A stretch of DNA of 64,000 nt from the human T2T-CHM13v2.0 reference genome, Homo sapiens. The position numbers were made by a program, and so were the translations under genes. The DNA lies in the NCBI RefSeq assembly GCF_009914755.1, contig NC_060940.1. One strand, 5' to 3'. Position 1 is the stretch's first letter; every line of letters begins with the position of its first letter. This document shows positions 42,301-57,751 of this stretch, piece by piece. The notes under the pieces are model-generated. The model saw only the letters and a list, made by a program, of their open reading frames with translations. It was not told the origin of the DNA and did no database searches.

Positions 42301-45300
42301 TTTGACTTCATTTGATGATGATTCCTTTCAAGTTCATTAGATGATTCCATTCGATTCCATTTGATGATGATCCCATTCGAGTCCATTCAGTGATTCCACT
42401 CGTTTCCATTCCATGATGATTCCATTCCATTCCATGCAATGATTCCATTCGATTCCGTTTGATGATGATTTCATTCGAGTCCATTTGATGATTCCATTTG
42501 ATTCCATTCGATGATGATTCCATTCGAGTCCATTCGATGATTCTATTCGAATCCATTTGATGATTTCTTTTGATTATAGTTGGTGATGATTCCATTGGAG
42601 TCCATTCAATGATTCCATTCGATTCCAATCGATGGTGATTCCATTAGAGTCCATTTAATGATTCCATTTGATTCCAGTCTCTGATGATTACATTCGAGTC
42701 CATACGATGATTCCACTCAATTCCATATCATGATGATTCCATTCGATTCCATTCGATGATTCCATTCTATTCTATTCAATGGTGATTCCATTCGAGTACA
42801 TTAGATGATTCCATTCGATTCCATTCAGTGATGATTCTATTTGTGTCCCTTAGATGATTCCACATGATTCCATTAGATGATGATACTATTTGAGCCCATC
42901 CAATGATTCCCTTCGATTCCATTCGATGAGGATTCCATTCGATTCAATTCATTGGTGATTCTATTCAATTCAATTCTTTGATTCCATTCCATTCCATTCG
43001 ACAATGATTCCATTCGATTTCTTTCGATGATTCCACTCGATTCCACTTGACATTGATTCCCTTCGATTCCATTCAATGATTCCATTTGATTCCAGTGGAT
43101 GATGATTGCCATCGATTCCATTTGATCACTCCATTCTATTCCACTTGATGATGATTACATTCGATTCCATTTGACGATTCCATCTGATTCTATTCGAGGA
43201 TTCCATTTGATTCCATTCGATGATGATTCCATTCGAGTCCATTCGATGATATCATTCGAGTACATCCAATGATTCCATTCGAGTCCATTTGATGATTCCA
43301 TTTGATTCCATTTGATAATGATTCTACTAGAGTCCATTCAATGACTCCATTGGAGTCCATTCAACAATTCCATTCGACTCCATTTGATGATTCCATTGGA
43401 TTCCATTTGATGATTCCATTCGAGTCCATTTAATCATTACAGTCGAGTCCATTTGGTGATTCCACCGGATTTCTTTTGATAATGATACCATTCAATTACA
43501 TTTGATGATGATCCCATTCAATTTCATTTGATGATGATTCCATTAGAGTCCATTCGATGATTTCATTCGAGTCCCTTCATTGATTCCATCCGATTTCATT
43601 GGATGATGACTCCATTCGAGTCCATTCGATGATTCCACTCGATTCCATTAGATGATTCCATTGGAGTCCATTTGATTGTTCCATTCGATTCCATTCGATT
43701 CCTTTCGAAGATTATTCCATTTGAGTCCATTCGATGATGATTCCATTCCATTCCATTCGATGATTCCGTTTGATTCCATTTGATGATTCCCTTCGATTCC
43801 TTTCTTTGATGATTCCATTCCATTCCATTCAATGATTCCATTCGAATCTATTCCATGATGATTCCTTTCGATTCCATTCGCTGATGTTTCCGTTCAATTC
43901 CATTCGATGATGATTCCATTCGATTCCATTCATTGAGGATTCCATTTGATTCCATTCAATGATGATTCCGTTCTATTCCATTCAATGATTGCATTCAATT
44001 CCATTAAGTGATTATCCCCTTAGAGTAAACTCAACGATTCCATTCAATACCATTCGATGATGATTCCTTTTGAGTCCATTCAATGATTTCATTCAAGTCC
44101 ATTTGATGATTCCTTTGAATTCCATTCTATGATGATTCCATTCGAGTCCATTCGATGATTCCATTCGATTGCATTCGATGATTCCATTATATTCCAGTCA
44201 ACGATGATTCCATTCGAGTCCATTCGATGATTCCATTAGAGTACATTTAATGATTGCTTTGTTTTCAATTCGAAGATGATTACATTGGATTCCATTCTAT
44301 GATACCATTCGATTCCATTCAATGATGATTCCACTCAAATCCATTGGATGATTCCATTCGTGTCCATTCGGTGATTTCATTAGATTCCATTCGAGGATGA
44401 TTCCATTCGATTCCATTCGATGATTCCATTCAATTCCATTCGAGGATGATTCCATTCCAGTCCATATGATCATTCCATTTGATTTCATTCGATGATGATT
44501 CCATTCGATTCCATTCGATGATTCCATTCTATTCCATTCGATGATGATTCCATTCGAGTCCATTCGATGATTCCATTCGAGTCCATTTAATGATTCCATT
44601 GGGTTCAATTCAATGATGATTACATTGGATTCCGTTCTATGATTCCATTCAATTCCGTTCATTGACAATTTGATTCCATTCGATGATGATTCCATTTGAG
44701 TTCATTCGATGATTCTATTCGATTCTCTTCGATGGTGATTCAATTCTATTATATTGGATGATTCCATTCGATTCCATTTGATGTTGATTCAATTCGATTC
44801 TATTCGATGATGATTCCATTGGATTTCACTTGATGATTCTATTCGATTCCATTCAATGATGATTCACTTCTCGTCCATTGGATGATTCCATTTCATTCCA
44901 TTCGATGATGATTCCATTCGATTCCATTCGATGATTCCATTTGATTCCATGCGTCGGTGAGCAATTCGATTCAATTCCATGATGATTCTATTTGATTCAA
45001 TTAGATGATGTTTCCATTCGAATCCATTCCATGATTATTCCATTGGAATCCATTCGGTGATGATTCCATATGAGTCAATTCAATGATGATTCCATATGGG
45101 TCCGTTCGATGATAATTCCATTTGATTTCATTCGGTGCTTCTATTCAATTCCAGTCGATGATGATTCCGTTGGAGTCCATACGATGATTCCATTTGATTT
45201 CATTTGATGATGATTCCATTCGATGATGATTACATTGGATTCCATTCTATGATTCCATTCAATTCCATTCGTTGATGATTCGATTCCATTCAATGATGAT

Positions 45301-45501
45301 TCCATTTGAGTTCATTCGATGATTCTATTCGATTCCGTTCGATGGTGATTCAATTCTCTTATATTGGATGAATCCACTCGATTCCATTTGATGATTATTC
45401 CATTGGAGTCCACTTAGTGAATCCTTCAGATTCTACTCGAAGATGATTCCATTCAAGTCCATTCGATGATACCATTCAATTCCATTCGTTGATGCTTCCA
45501 T
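39390..45501 (+). repeat. Unit U8, canonical A-type, 6112 bp
   Basis: Landmark spacing 6112; every ORF-track entry recurs at +6112. Confidence 0.93.
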
Positions 45502-48500
45502 TCAAGTGCATTCGATGATATCATTCGATTCCATTTGATGATAATTCCATTTGATTCCGTGCGATGATTCTATTCGATTCCATTCAATGATAATTCCATT
45601 CAGTTCAGTGATTCCTCTGGACTCCATTTGATGATGATTCCATTCAATGATTCCATTCGATTCTATTCGAAAGTGATTCCATTTGAATCCATTTGATGAT
45701 GATTCCATTAGATTCCATTTGATGATTCCATTCGATTCCATGCGACGATGATTCCATTCGATTCCATGTGATGATTCCATTCTATTCTATTCGATGATGA
45801 TTCCATTCGATTCCATTCGATGATGATTGGATTCGATTCCATTTGATGATATCATTTGATTCCATTCGTTAATGATTTCGATCAATTCCATTCGATGATT
45901 CCATTCGATTCCATTCGATAATGATTACATCCGTGTCCATTCAGTGATTCCATTTGAGCCTGTTCGATAATTCCATTTGAGTCCAACCAATGATTCCATT
46001 CATTTCCATTCAATGATTCCATTCGAGTCCATTTGATCATTCCGGTAGGGTCCATTCGATGTTGATTCCATTGGAGTGCATTCGATGATTCCATTCGAGT
46101 CAATTTTACGATTTGATTCGAGTCCTTTCGATGATTCCATTCGATTCCACTCGATGATGATTTCATTCGAGTCCATTCGACACTTCCAATCGATTCCATT
46201 TGATGTTTCCATTCGATTCCAATTGATGATTCCATTCAATTCCATTCGATGATGATTCCGTAGGATTCCATTCTGTGATGATTCCATGTGATTGCATTCA
46301 ATGATGATTCCTTTAGATTGCATTCGATTGTGATTCATTTCGTCTTCATTCTATGGTTCCACAGGTTTCCATTCGTGTCCATTCCATTATTCCATTCTAT
46401 TCCATTTGATGATGATTCCATTCGATTCCATTCATTGGTGATTCCACTCAATTCCATTCAATGATTCCATTCCATTTCTTTCAACAATGATTCCATTAGT
46501 TTCTAATCGATGATCCACTTGATTCCATTTGACGACGATTCCATTCTTGTCCATTCGATGGTTCCATTTGATTCCATATGATGATGATTCCATTCGATTC
46601 CATACGATGATGATTCCATTCGAGTCCATTCAATGGTGATTCCATTCAATTCCATTCGATGATTCCTTTCGATTCCATTCGATGATGATGGCATTCGATT
46701 CCTTTCAATCATTCCCTTTGATTCCATTCAAAGGTGATTTCATTCAAGTCCATTCGATAATTGCATTCGATTCCATTCTATGATGATTCCATTCGAGTCC
46801 ATTTGATGATTCCATTCAATTCAAGTCAATGATGATTCCATTCGATTCCATTCGATGATTCCATTGGATTCCATTCGATGATGATTCCATTCAAATCCAT
46901 TCGATAATTCAATTCAAGTCCATTCGATGATGATTAAAATCGAATCCATTCAAAGATTCCATTCAGTTCCATTCGATGATTCCCTTAGATTCCATTCGAT
47001 GATTCCACTTGATTTCATTTACGATGATTCCATTCGATTCCATGTGATGATTCCATTCAATTCTATTCAATGCTGTTTCCATTTGATTCCATTCGACCAT
47101 GATTGCCTTTGATTCCATTCAATGACTCCATTCGGTTCCTTTTGATGATGATTCCGTTCGATTCCATTTCATTATTCCATTTGATTCCATTGGATGAGTC
47201 CATTCGATTACATTCGATGATTATTCCATTCGAGTGCATTAGATGATTCCATTCGAGTCCATTCGATGATTCCATTCGATTCCATTCGATGTTGATTCTG
47301 TTCAAATCCATTCGATGATTCCACTCGATTCCATTCGATGACTCCAGTTGATCCCATTCGATGATTTCCTTTGATTCCCTTTGATGATCATTCCATTTGA
47401 TTCAATTCGGTGATTTCATTTGATTCCATTCAGTGATGTTTCCATTCGACTCCATTCGATGATGATTCCATTCGACTCCATTCGATTATGATTTCATTCA
47501 ATTCCATTCGATAATGATTCCCTTCGAGTCCATTCGATGATTCCATTCGATTCCATTCAACGATGATTTGATTCGTGTCCATTCGATGATTCCATTTGAT
47601 TCCACTTGATGATGATTCCATTCGAGTCCATTTGATGATTCCATTCAATTCCATTCTCCGATGATTTCTTTTGAGCCCACTCAATGCTTCCACTCGATTC
47701 CATATGATGATGACTCCATTCGATGAAATTCGATGATGATTCCATTCGCTTGCATTCGATGATGATTCCACTTGAGTCCATTAGAAGATTCTATTCAATT
47801 ACATTCCATGACGATTCCGTTCGAGTCCATTTGATGATTCCATTAGACTCCATTCGACGATGATTCCATTCGATGTTATTCGATGATTCCATTCGATCTC
47901 ATTCGATGATGATTCCATTCAACTCCATTCGATGTTTCCATTCGAGTTCATTCTATTATTCCATTAGATTCCATTCGATGATGATTCCATTCGATTCCAT
48001 TTGATGATTGCATTCTATTTCATTTGATGATGATTCCATTCGAGTCCACTCGATGATTCCATTCGAGTCCATTTAATGAATCCATTGGTTTCAATTCTAT
48101 GATGATTACATTGGATTCCATTCGTTGATGATTTCATTCGGTTCCATTCAATGATGATTCCATTCAATTCCTTTCAATGTTTCCATTCAATTCCATACGA
48201 TGATGATTCCATTTGATTTGATTCGACAGTGAGCCATTCGATTCAATTCCATGATGATTCTATTTGATTCCATTGGTTGACATTTCCATTCGATTCCATT
48301 CGATGATGATTCCCTTTGATTCCATTCAAAGATGATTCCATTCTAGCCCATTCAATCATTCCATTCGATTCTATTCAATGATGATTCCATTCATGTCGAT
48401 TTGGTGATTCCATTTGACTTCATTTGATGATGATTCCTTTCAAGTTCATTAGATGATTCCATTCGATTCCATTTGATGATGATCCCATTCGAGTCCATTC

Positions 48501-51500
48501 AGTGATTCCACTCGTTTCCATTCCATGATGATTCCATTCCATTCCATGCAATGATTCCATTCGATTCCGTTTGATGATGATTTCATTCGAGTCCATTTGA
48601 TGATTCCATTTGATTCCATTCGATGATGATTCCATTCGAGTCCATTCGATGATTCTATTCGAATCCATTTGATGATTTCTTTTGATTATATTTGGTGATG
48701 ATTCCATTGGAGTCCATTCAATGATTCCATTCGATTCCAATCGATGGTGATTCCATTAGAGTCCATTTAATGATTCCATTTGATTCCAGTCTCTGATGAT
48801 TACATTCGAGTCCATACGATGATTCCACTCAATTCCATATGATGATGATTCCATTCGATTCCATTCGATGATTCCATTCTATTCTATTCAATGGTGATTC
48901 CATTCGAGTACATTAGATGATTCCATTCGATTCCATTCAATGATGATTCTATTTGTGTCCCTTAGATGATTCCACATGATTCCATTAGATGATGATACTA
49001 TTTGAGCCCATCCAATGATTCCCTTCGATTCCATTCGATGAGGATTCCATTCGATTCAATTCATTGGTGATTCTATTCAATTCAATTCTTTGATTCCATT
49101 CCATTCCATTCGACAATGATTCCATTCGATTTCTTTCGATGATTCCACTCGATTCCACTTGACATTGATTCCCTTCGATTCCATTCAATGATTCCATTTG
49201 ATTCCAGTGGATGATGATTGCCATCGATTCCATTTGATCACTCCATTCTATTCCACTTGATGATGATTACATTCGATTCCATTTGACGATTCCATCTGAT
49301 TCTATTCGAGGATTCCATTTGATTCCATTCGATGATGATTCCATTCGAGTCCATTCGATGATATCATTCGAGTACATCCAATGATTCCATTCGAGTCCAT
49401 TTGATGATTCCATTTGATTCCATTTGATAATGATTCTACTAGAGTCCATTCAATGACTCCATTGGAGTCCATTCAACAATTCCATTCGACTCCATTTGAT
49501 GATTCCATTGGATTCCATTTGATGATTCCATTCGAGTCCATTTAATCATTACAGTCGAGTCCATTTGGTGATTCCACCGGCTTTCTTTTGATAATGATAC
49601 CATTCAATTACATTTGATGATGATCCCATTCAATTTCATTTGATGATGATTCCATTAGAGTCCATTCGATGATTTCATTCGAGTCCCTTCATTGATTCCA
49701 TCCGATTTCATTGGATGATGACTCCATTCGAGTCCATTCGATGATTCCACTCGATTCCATTAGATGATTCCATTGGAGTCCATTTGATTGTTCCATTCGA
49801 TTCCATTCGATTCCTTTCGAAGATTATTCCATTTGAGTCCATTCGATGATGATTCCATTCCATTCCATTCGATGATTCCGTTTGATTCCATTCGATGATT
49901 CCCTTCCATTCCTTTCTTTGATGATTCCATTCCATTCCATTCAATGATTCCATTCGAATCTATTCCATGATGATTCCTTTCGATTCCATTCGCTGATGTT
50001 TCCGTTCAATTCCATTCGATGATGATTCCATTCGATTCCATTCATTGAGGATTCCATTTGATTCCATTCAATGATGATTCCGTTCTATTCCATTCAATGA
50101 TTGCATTCAATTCCATTCAGTGATTATCCCCTTAGAGTAAACTCAACGATTCCATTCAATACCATTCGATGATGATTCCTTTTGAGTCCATTCAATGATT
50201 TCATTCAAGTCCATTTGATGATTCCTTTCAATTCCATTCTATGATGATTCCATTCGAGTCCATTCGATGATTCCATTCGATTGCATTCGATGATTCCATT
50301 ATATTCCAGTCAACGATGATTCCATTCGAGTCCATTCGATGATTCCATTAGAGTACATTTAATGATTGCTTTGTTTTCAATTCGAAGATGATTACATTGG
50401 ATTCCATTCTATGATACCATTCGATTCCATTCAATGATGATTCCACTCAAATCCATTGGATGATTCCATTCGTGTCCATTCGGTGATTTCATTAGATTCC
50501 ATTCGAGGATGATTCCATTCGATTCCATTCGATGATTCCATTCAATTCCATTCGAGGATGATTCCATTCCAGTCCATATGATCATTCCATTTGATTTCAT
50601 TCGATGATGATTCCATTCGATTCCATTCGATGATTCCATTCTATTCCATTCGATGATGATTCCATTCGAGTCCATTCGATGATTCCATTCGAGTCCATTT
50701 AATGATTCCATTGGGTTCAATTCAATGATGATTACATTGGATTCCGTTCTATGATTCCATTCAATTCCGTTCATTGACAATTTGATTCCATTCGATGATG
50801 ATTCCATTTGAGTTCATTCGATGATTCTATTCGATTCTCTTCGATGGTGATTCAATTCTATTATATTGGATGATTCCATTCGATTCCATTTGATGTTGAT
50901 TCAATTCGATTCTATTCGATGATGATTCCATTGGATTTCACTTGATGATTCTATTCGATTCCATTCAATGATGATTCACTTCTCGTCCATTGGATGATTC
51001 CATTTCATTCCATTCGATGATGATTCCATTCGATTCCATTCGATGATTCCATTTGATTCCATGCGTCGGTGAGCAATTCGATTCAATTCCATGATGATTC
51101 TATTTGATTCAATTAGATGATGTTTCCATTCGAATCCATTCCATGATTATTCCATTGGAATCCATTCGGCGATGATTCCATATGAGTCAATTCAATGATG
51201 ATTCCATATGGGTCCGTTCGATGATAATTCCATTTGATTTCATTCGGTGCTTCTATTCAATTCCAGTCGATGATGATTCCGTTGGAGTCCATACGATGAT
51301 TCCATTTGATTTCATTTGATGATGATTCCATTCGATGATGATTACATTGGATTCCATTCTATGATTCCATTCAATTCCATTCGTTGATGATTCGATTCCA
51401 TTCAATGATGATTCCATTTGAGTTCATTCGATGATTCTATTCGATTCCGTTCGATGGTGATTCAATTCTCTTATATTGGATGAATCCACTCGATTCCATT

Positions 51501-51613
51501 TGATGATTATTCCATTGGAGTCCACTTAGTGAATCCTTCAGATTCTACTCGAAGATGATTCCATTCAAGTCCATTCGATGATACCATTCAATTCCATTCG
51601 TTGATGCTTCCAT
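45502..51613 (+). repeat. Unit U9, canonical A-type, 6112 bp
   Basis: Landmark spacing 6112. Confidence 0.93.
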
Positions 51614-54600
51614 TCAAGTGCATTCGATGATATCATTCGATTCCATTTGATGATAATTCCATTTGATTCCATGCGATGATTCTATTCGATTCCATTCAAT
51701 GATAATTCCATTCAGTTCAGTGATTCCTCTGGACTCCATTTGATGATGATTCCATTCAATGATTCCATTCGATTCTATTCGAAAGTGATTCCATTTGAAT
51801 CCATTTGATGATGATTCCATTAGATTCCATTTGATGATTCCATTCGATTCCATTTGACGATGATTCCATTCGATTCCATGTGATGATTCCATTCTATTCT
51901 ATTCGATGATGATTCCATTCGATTCCATTCGATGATGATTGGATTCGATTCCATTTGATGATTTCATTTGATTCCATTCGTTAATGATTTCGATCAATTC
52001 CATTCGATGATTTCATTCGATTCCATTCGATAATGATTACATCCGTGTCCATTCAGTGATTCCATTTGAGCCTGTTCGATAATTCCATTTGAGTCCAACC
52101 AATGATTCCATTCATTTCCCTTCCATGATTCCATTCGAGTCCATTTGATCATTCCGGTAGGGTCCATTCGATGTTGATTCCATTGGAGTGCATTCGATGA
52201 TTCCATTCGAGTCCATTTTATGATTTGATTCGAGTTCTTTCGATGATTCCATTCGATTCCACTCGATGATGATTTCATTCGAGTCCATTCGACACTTCCA
52301 ATCGATTCCATTTGATGTTTCCATTCGAGTCCAATTGATGATTCCATTCAATTCCATTCGATGATGATTCCGTACGATTCCATTCTGTGATGATTCCATG
52401 TGATTGCATTCAATGATGATTCCTTTAGATTGCATTCGATTGTGATTCATTTCGTCTTCATTCTATGGTTCCACAGGTTTCCATTCGTGTCCATTCCATT
52501 ATTCCATTCTATTCCATTTGATGATGATTCCATTCGATTCCATTCATTGGTGATTCCACTCAATTCCATTCAATGATTCCATTCCATTTCTTTCAACAAT
52601 GATTCCATTAGTTTCTAATCGATGATCCACTTGATTCCATTTGACGACGATTCCATTCTTGTCCATTCGATGATTCCATTTGATTCCATATGATGATGAT
52701 TCCATTCGATTCCATACGATGATGATTCCATTCGAGTCCATTCAATGGTGATTCCATTCAATTCCATTCGATGATTCCTTTCGATTCCATTCGATGATGA
52801 TGGCATTCGATTCCTTTCAATCATTCCCTTTGATTCCATTCAAAGGTGATTTCATTCAAGTCCATTCGATAATTGCATTCGATTCCATTCTATGATGATT
52901 CCATTCGAGTCCATTTGATGATTCCATTCAATTCAAGTCAATGATGATTCCATTCGATTCCATTCGATGATTCCATTGGATTCCATTCGATGATGATTCC
53001 ATTCAAATCCATTCGATAATTCAATTCAAGTCCATTCGATGATGATTAAAATCGAATCCATTCAAAGATTCCATTCAGTTCCATTCGATGATTCCCTTAG
53101 ATTCCATTCGATGATTCCACTTGATTTCATTTACGATGATTCCATTCGATTCCATGTGATGATTCCATTCAATTCTATTCAATGCTGTTTCCATTTCTTT
53201 CCATTCGACCATGATTGCCTTTGATTCCATTCAATGACTCCATTCGGTTCCTTTTGATGATGATTCCGTTCGATTCCATTTGATGATTCCATTTGATTCC
53301 ATTGGATGAGTCCATTCGATTACATTCGATGATTATTCCATTCGAGTGCATTAGATGATTCCATTCGAGTCCATTCGATGATTCCATTCGATTCCATTCG
53401 ATGTTGATTCTGTTCAAATCCATTCGATGATTCCACTCGATTCCATTCGATGACTCCAGTTGATCCCATTCGATGATTTCCTTTGATTCCCTTTGATGAT
53501 CATTCCATTTGATTCAATTCGGTGATTTCATTTGATTCCATTCAGTGATGTTTCCATTCGACTCCATTCGATGATGATTCCATTCGACTCCATTCGATGA
53601 TGATTCCATTCGACTCCATTCGATTATGATTTCATTCAATTCCATTCGATAATGATTCCCTTCGAGTCCATTCGATGATTCCATTCGATTCCATTCAACA
53701 ATGATTTGATTCGTGTCCATTCGATGATTCCATTTGATTCCACTTGATGATGATTCCATTCGAGTCCATTTGATGATTCCATTCAATTCCATTCTCCGAT
53801 GATTTCTTTTGAGCCCACTCAATGCTTCCACTCGATTCCATATGATGATGACTCCATTCGATGAAATTCGATGATGATTCCATTCGCTTGCATTCGATGA
53901 TGATTCCACTTGAGTCCATTAGAAGATTCTATTCAATTACATTCCATGACGATTCCGTTCGAGTCCATTTGATGATTCCATTAGACTCCATTCGACGATG
54001 ATTCCATTCGATGTTATTCGATGATTCCATTCGATCTCATTCGATGATGATTCCATTCAACTCCATTCGATGTTTCCATTCGAGTTCATTCTATTATTCC
54101 ATTAGATTCCATTCGATGATGATTCCATTCGATTCCATTTGATGATTGCATTCTATTTCATTTGATGATGATTCCATTCGAGTCCACTCGATGATTCCAT
54201 TCGAGTCCATTTAATGAATCCATTGGTTTCAATTCTATGATGATTACATTGGATTCCATTCGTTGATGATTTCATTCGGTTCCATTCAATGATGATTCCA
54301 TTCAATTCCTTTCAATGTTTCCATTCAATTCCATACGATGATGATTCCATTTGATTTGATTCGACAGTGAGCCATTCGATTCAATTCCATGATGATTCTA
54401 TTTGATTCCATTGGTTGACATTTCCATTCGATTCCATTCGATGATGATTCCCTTTGATTCCATTCAAAGATGATTCCATTCTAGCCCATTCAATCATTCC
54501 ATTCGATTCTATTCAATGATGATTCCATTCATGTCGATTTGGTGATTCCATTTGACTTCATTTGATGATGATTCCTTTCAAGTTCATTAGATGATTCCAT

Positions 54601-57600
54601 TCGATTCCATTTGATGATGATCCCATTCGAGTCCATTCAGTGATTCCACTCGTTTCCATTCCATGATGATTCCATTCCATTCCATTCAATGATTCCATTC
54701 GATTCCGTTTGATGATGATTTCATTCGAGTCCATTTGATGATTCCATTTGATTCCATTCGATGATGATTCCATTCGAGTCCATTCGATGATTCTATTCGA
54801 ATCCATTTGATGATTTCTTTTGATTATATTTGGTGATGATTCCATTGGAGTCCATTCAATGATTCCATTCGATTCCAATCGATGGTGATTCCATTAGAGT
54901 CCATTTAATGATTCCATTTGATTCCAGTCTCTGATGATTACATTCGAGTCCATACGATGATTCCACTCAATTCCATATCATGATGATTCCATTCGATTCC
55001 ATTCGATGATTCCATTCTATTCTATTCAATGGTGATTCCATTCGAGTACATTAGATGATTCCATTCGATTCCATTCAATGATGATTCTATTTGTGTCCCT
55101 TAGATGATTCCACATGATTCCATTAGATGATGATACTATTTGAGCCCATCCAATCATTCCCTTTGATTCCATTCGATGAGGATTCCATTCGATTCAATTC
55201 ATTGGTGATTCTATTCAATTCAATTCTTTGATTCCATTCCATTCCATTCGACAATGATTCCATTCGATTTCTTTCGATGATTCCACTCGATTCCACTTGA
55301 CATTGATTCCCTTCGATTCCATTCAATGATTCCATTTGATTCCAGTGGATGATGATTGCCATCGATTCCATTTGATCACTCCATTCTATTCCACTTGATG
55401 ATGATTACATTCGATTCCATTTGACGATTCCATCTGATTCTATTCGAGGATTCCATTTGATTCCATTCGATGATGATTCCATTCGAGTCCATTCGATGAT
55501 ATCATTCGAGTACATCCAATGATTCCATTCGAGTCCATTTGATGATTCCATTTGATTCCATTTGATAATGATTCTACTAGAGTCCATTCAATGACTCCAT
55601 TGGAGTCCATTCAACAATTCCATTCGACTCCATTTGATGATTCCATTGGATTCCATTTGATGATTCCATTCGAGTCCATTTAATCATTACAGTCGAGTCC
55701 ATTTGGTGATTCCACCGGCTTTCTTTTGATAATGATACCATTCAATTACATTTGATGATGATCCCATTCAATTTCATTTGATGATGATTCCATTAGAGTC
55801 CATTCGATGATTTCATTCGAGTCCCTTCATTGATTCCATCCGATTTCATTGGATGATGACTCCATTCGAGTCCATTCGATGATTCCACTCGATTCCATTA
55901 GATGATTCCATTGGAGTCCATTTGATTGTTCCATTCGATTCCATTCGATTCCTTTCGAAGATTATTCCATTTGAGTCCATTCGATGATGATTCCATTCCA
56001 TTCCATTCGATGATTCCGTTTGATTCCATTTGATGATTCCCTTCGATTCCTTTCTTTGATGATTCCATTCCATTCCATTCAATGATTCCATTCGAATCTA
56101 TTCCATGATGATTCCTTTCGATTCCATTCGCTGATGTTTCCGTTCAATTCCATTCGATGATGATTCCATTCGATTCCATTCATTGAGGATTCCATTTGAT
56201 TCCATTCAATGATGATTCCGTTCTATTCCATTCAATGATTGCATTCAATTCCATTAAGTGATTATCCCCTTAGAGTAAACTCAACGATTCCATTCAATAC
56301 CATTCGATGATGATTCCTTTTGAGTCCATTCAATGATTTCATTCAAGTCCATTTGATGATTCCTTTGAATTCCATTCTATGATGATTCCATTCGAGTCCA
56401 TTCGATGATTCCATTCGATTGCATTCGATGATTCCATTATATTCCAGTCAACGATGATTCCATTCGAGTCCATTCGATGATTCCATTAGAGTACATTTAA
56501 TGATTGCTTTGTTTTCAATTCGAAGATGATTACATTGGATTCCATTCTATGATACCATTCGATTCCATTCAATGATGATTCCACTCAAATCCATTGGATG
56601 ATTCCATTCGTGTCCATTCGGTGATTTCATTAGATTCCATTCGAGGATGATTCCATTCGATTCCATTCGATGATTCCATTCAATTCCATTCGAGGATGAT
56701 TCCATTCCAGTCCATATGATCATTCCATTTGATTTCATTCGATGATGATTCCATTCGATTCCATTCGATGATTCCATTCTATTCCATTCGATGATGATTC
56801 CATTCGAGTCCATTCGATGATTCCATTCGAGTCCATTTAATGATTCCATTGGGTTCAATTCAATGATGATTACATTGGATTCCGTTCTATGATTCCATTC
56901 AATTCCGTTCATTGACAATTTGATTCCATTCGATGATGATTCCATTTGAGTTCATTCGATGATTCTATTCGATTCTCTTCGATGGTGATTCAATTCTATT
57001 ATATTGGATGATTCCATTCGATTCCATTTGATGTTGATTCAATTCGATTCTATTCGATGATGATTCCATTGGATTTCACTTGATGATTCTATTCGATTCC
57101 ATTCAATGATGATTCACTTCTCGTCCATTGGATGATTCCATTTCATTCCATTCGATGATGATTCCATTCGATTCCATTCGATGATTCCATTTGATTCCAT
57201 GCGTCGGTGAGCAATTCGATTCAATTCCATGATGATTCTATTTGATTCAATTAGATGATGTTTCCATTCGAATCCATTCCATGATTATTCCATTGGAATC
57301 CATTCGGCGATGATTCCATATGAGTCAATTCAATGATGATTCCATATGGGTCCGTTCGATGATAATTCCATTTGATTTCATTCGGTGCTTCTATTCAATT
57401 CCAGTCGATGATGGTTCCGTTGGAGTCCATACGATGATTCCATTTGATTTCATTTGATGATGATTCCATTCGATGATGATTACATTGGATTCCATTCTAT
57501 GATTCCATTCAATTCCATTCGTTGATGATTCGATTCCATTCAATGATGATTCCATTTGAGTTCATTCGATGATTCTATTCGATTCCGTTCGATGGTGATT

Positions 57601-57751
57601 CAATTCTCTTATATTGGATGAATCCACTCGATTCCATTTGATGATTATTCCATTGGAGTCCACTTAGTGAATCCTTCAGATTCTACTCGAAGATGATTCC
57701 ATTCAAGTCCATTCGATGATACCATTCAATTCCATTCGTTGATGCTTCCAT
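51614..57751 (+). repeat. Unit U10, A-type, 6138 bp (counterpart of U1)
   Basis: Same 26-bp duplication (53554-53605) and private SNPs as U1 (TTCCCTTCCATG, GAGTTCTTTCG, CCATTTCTTTCC) at offset 50495. Confidence 0.92.
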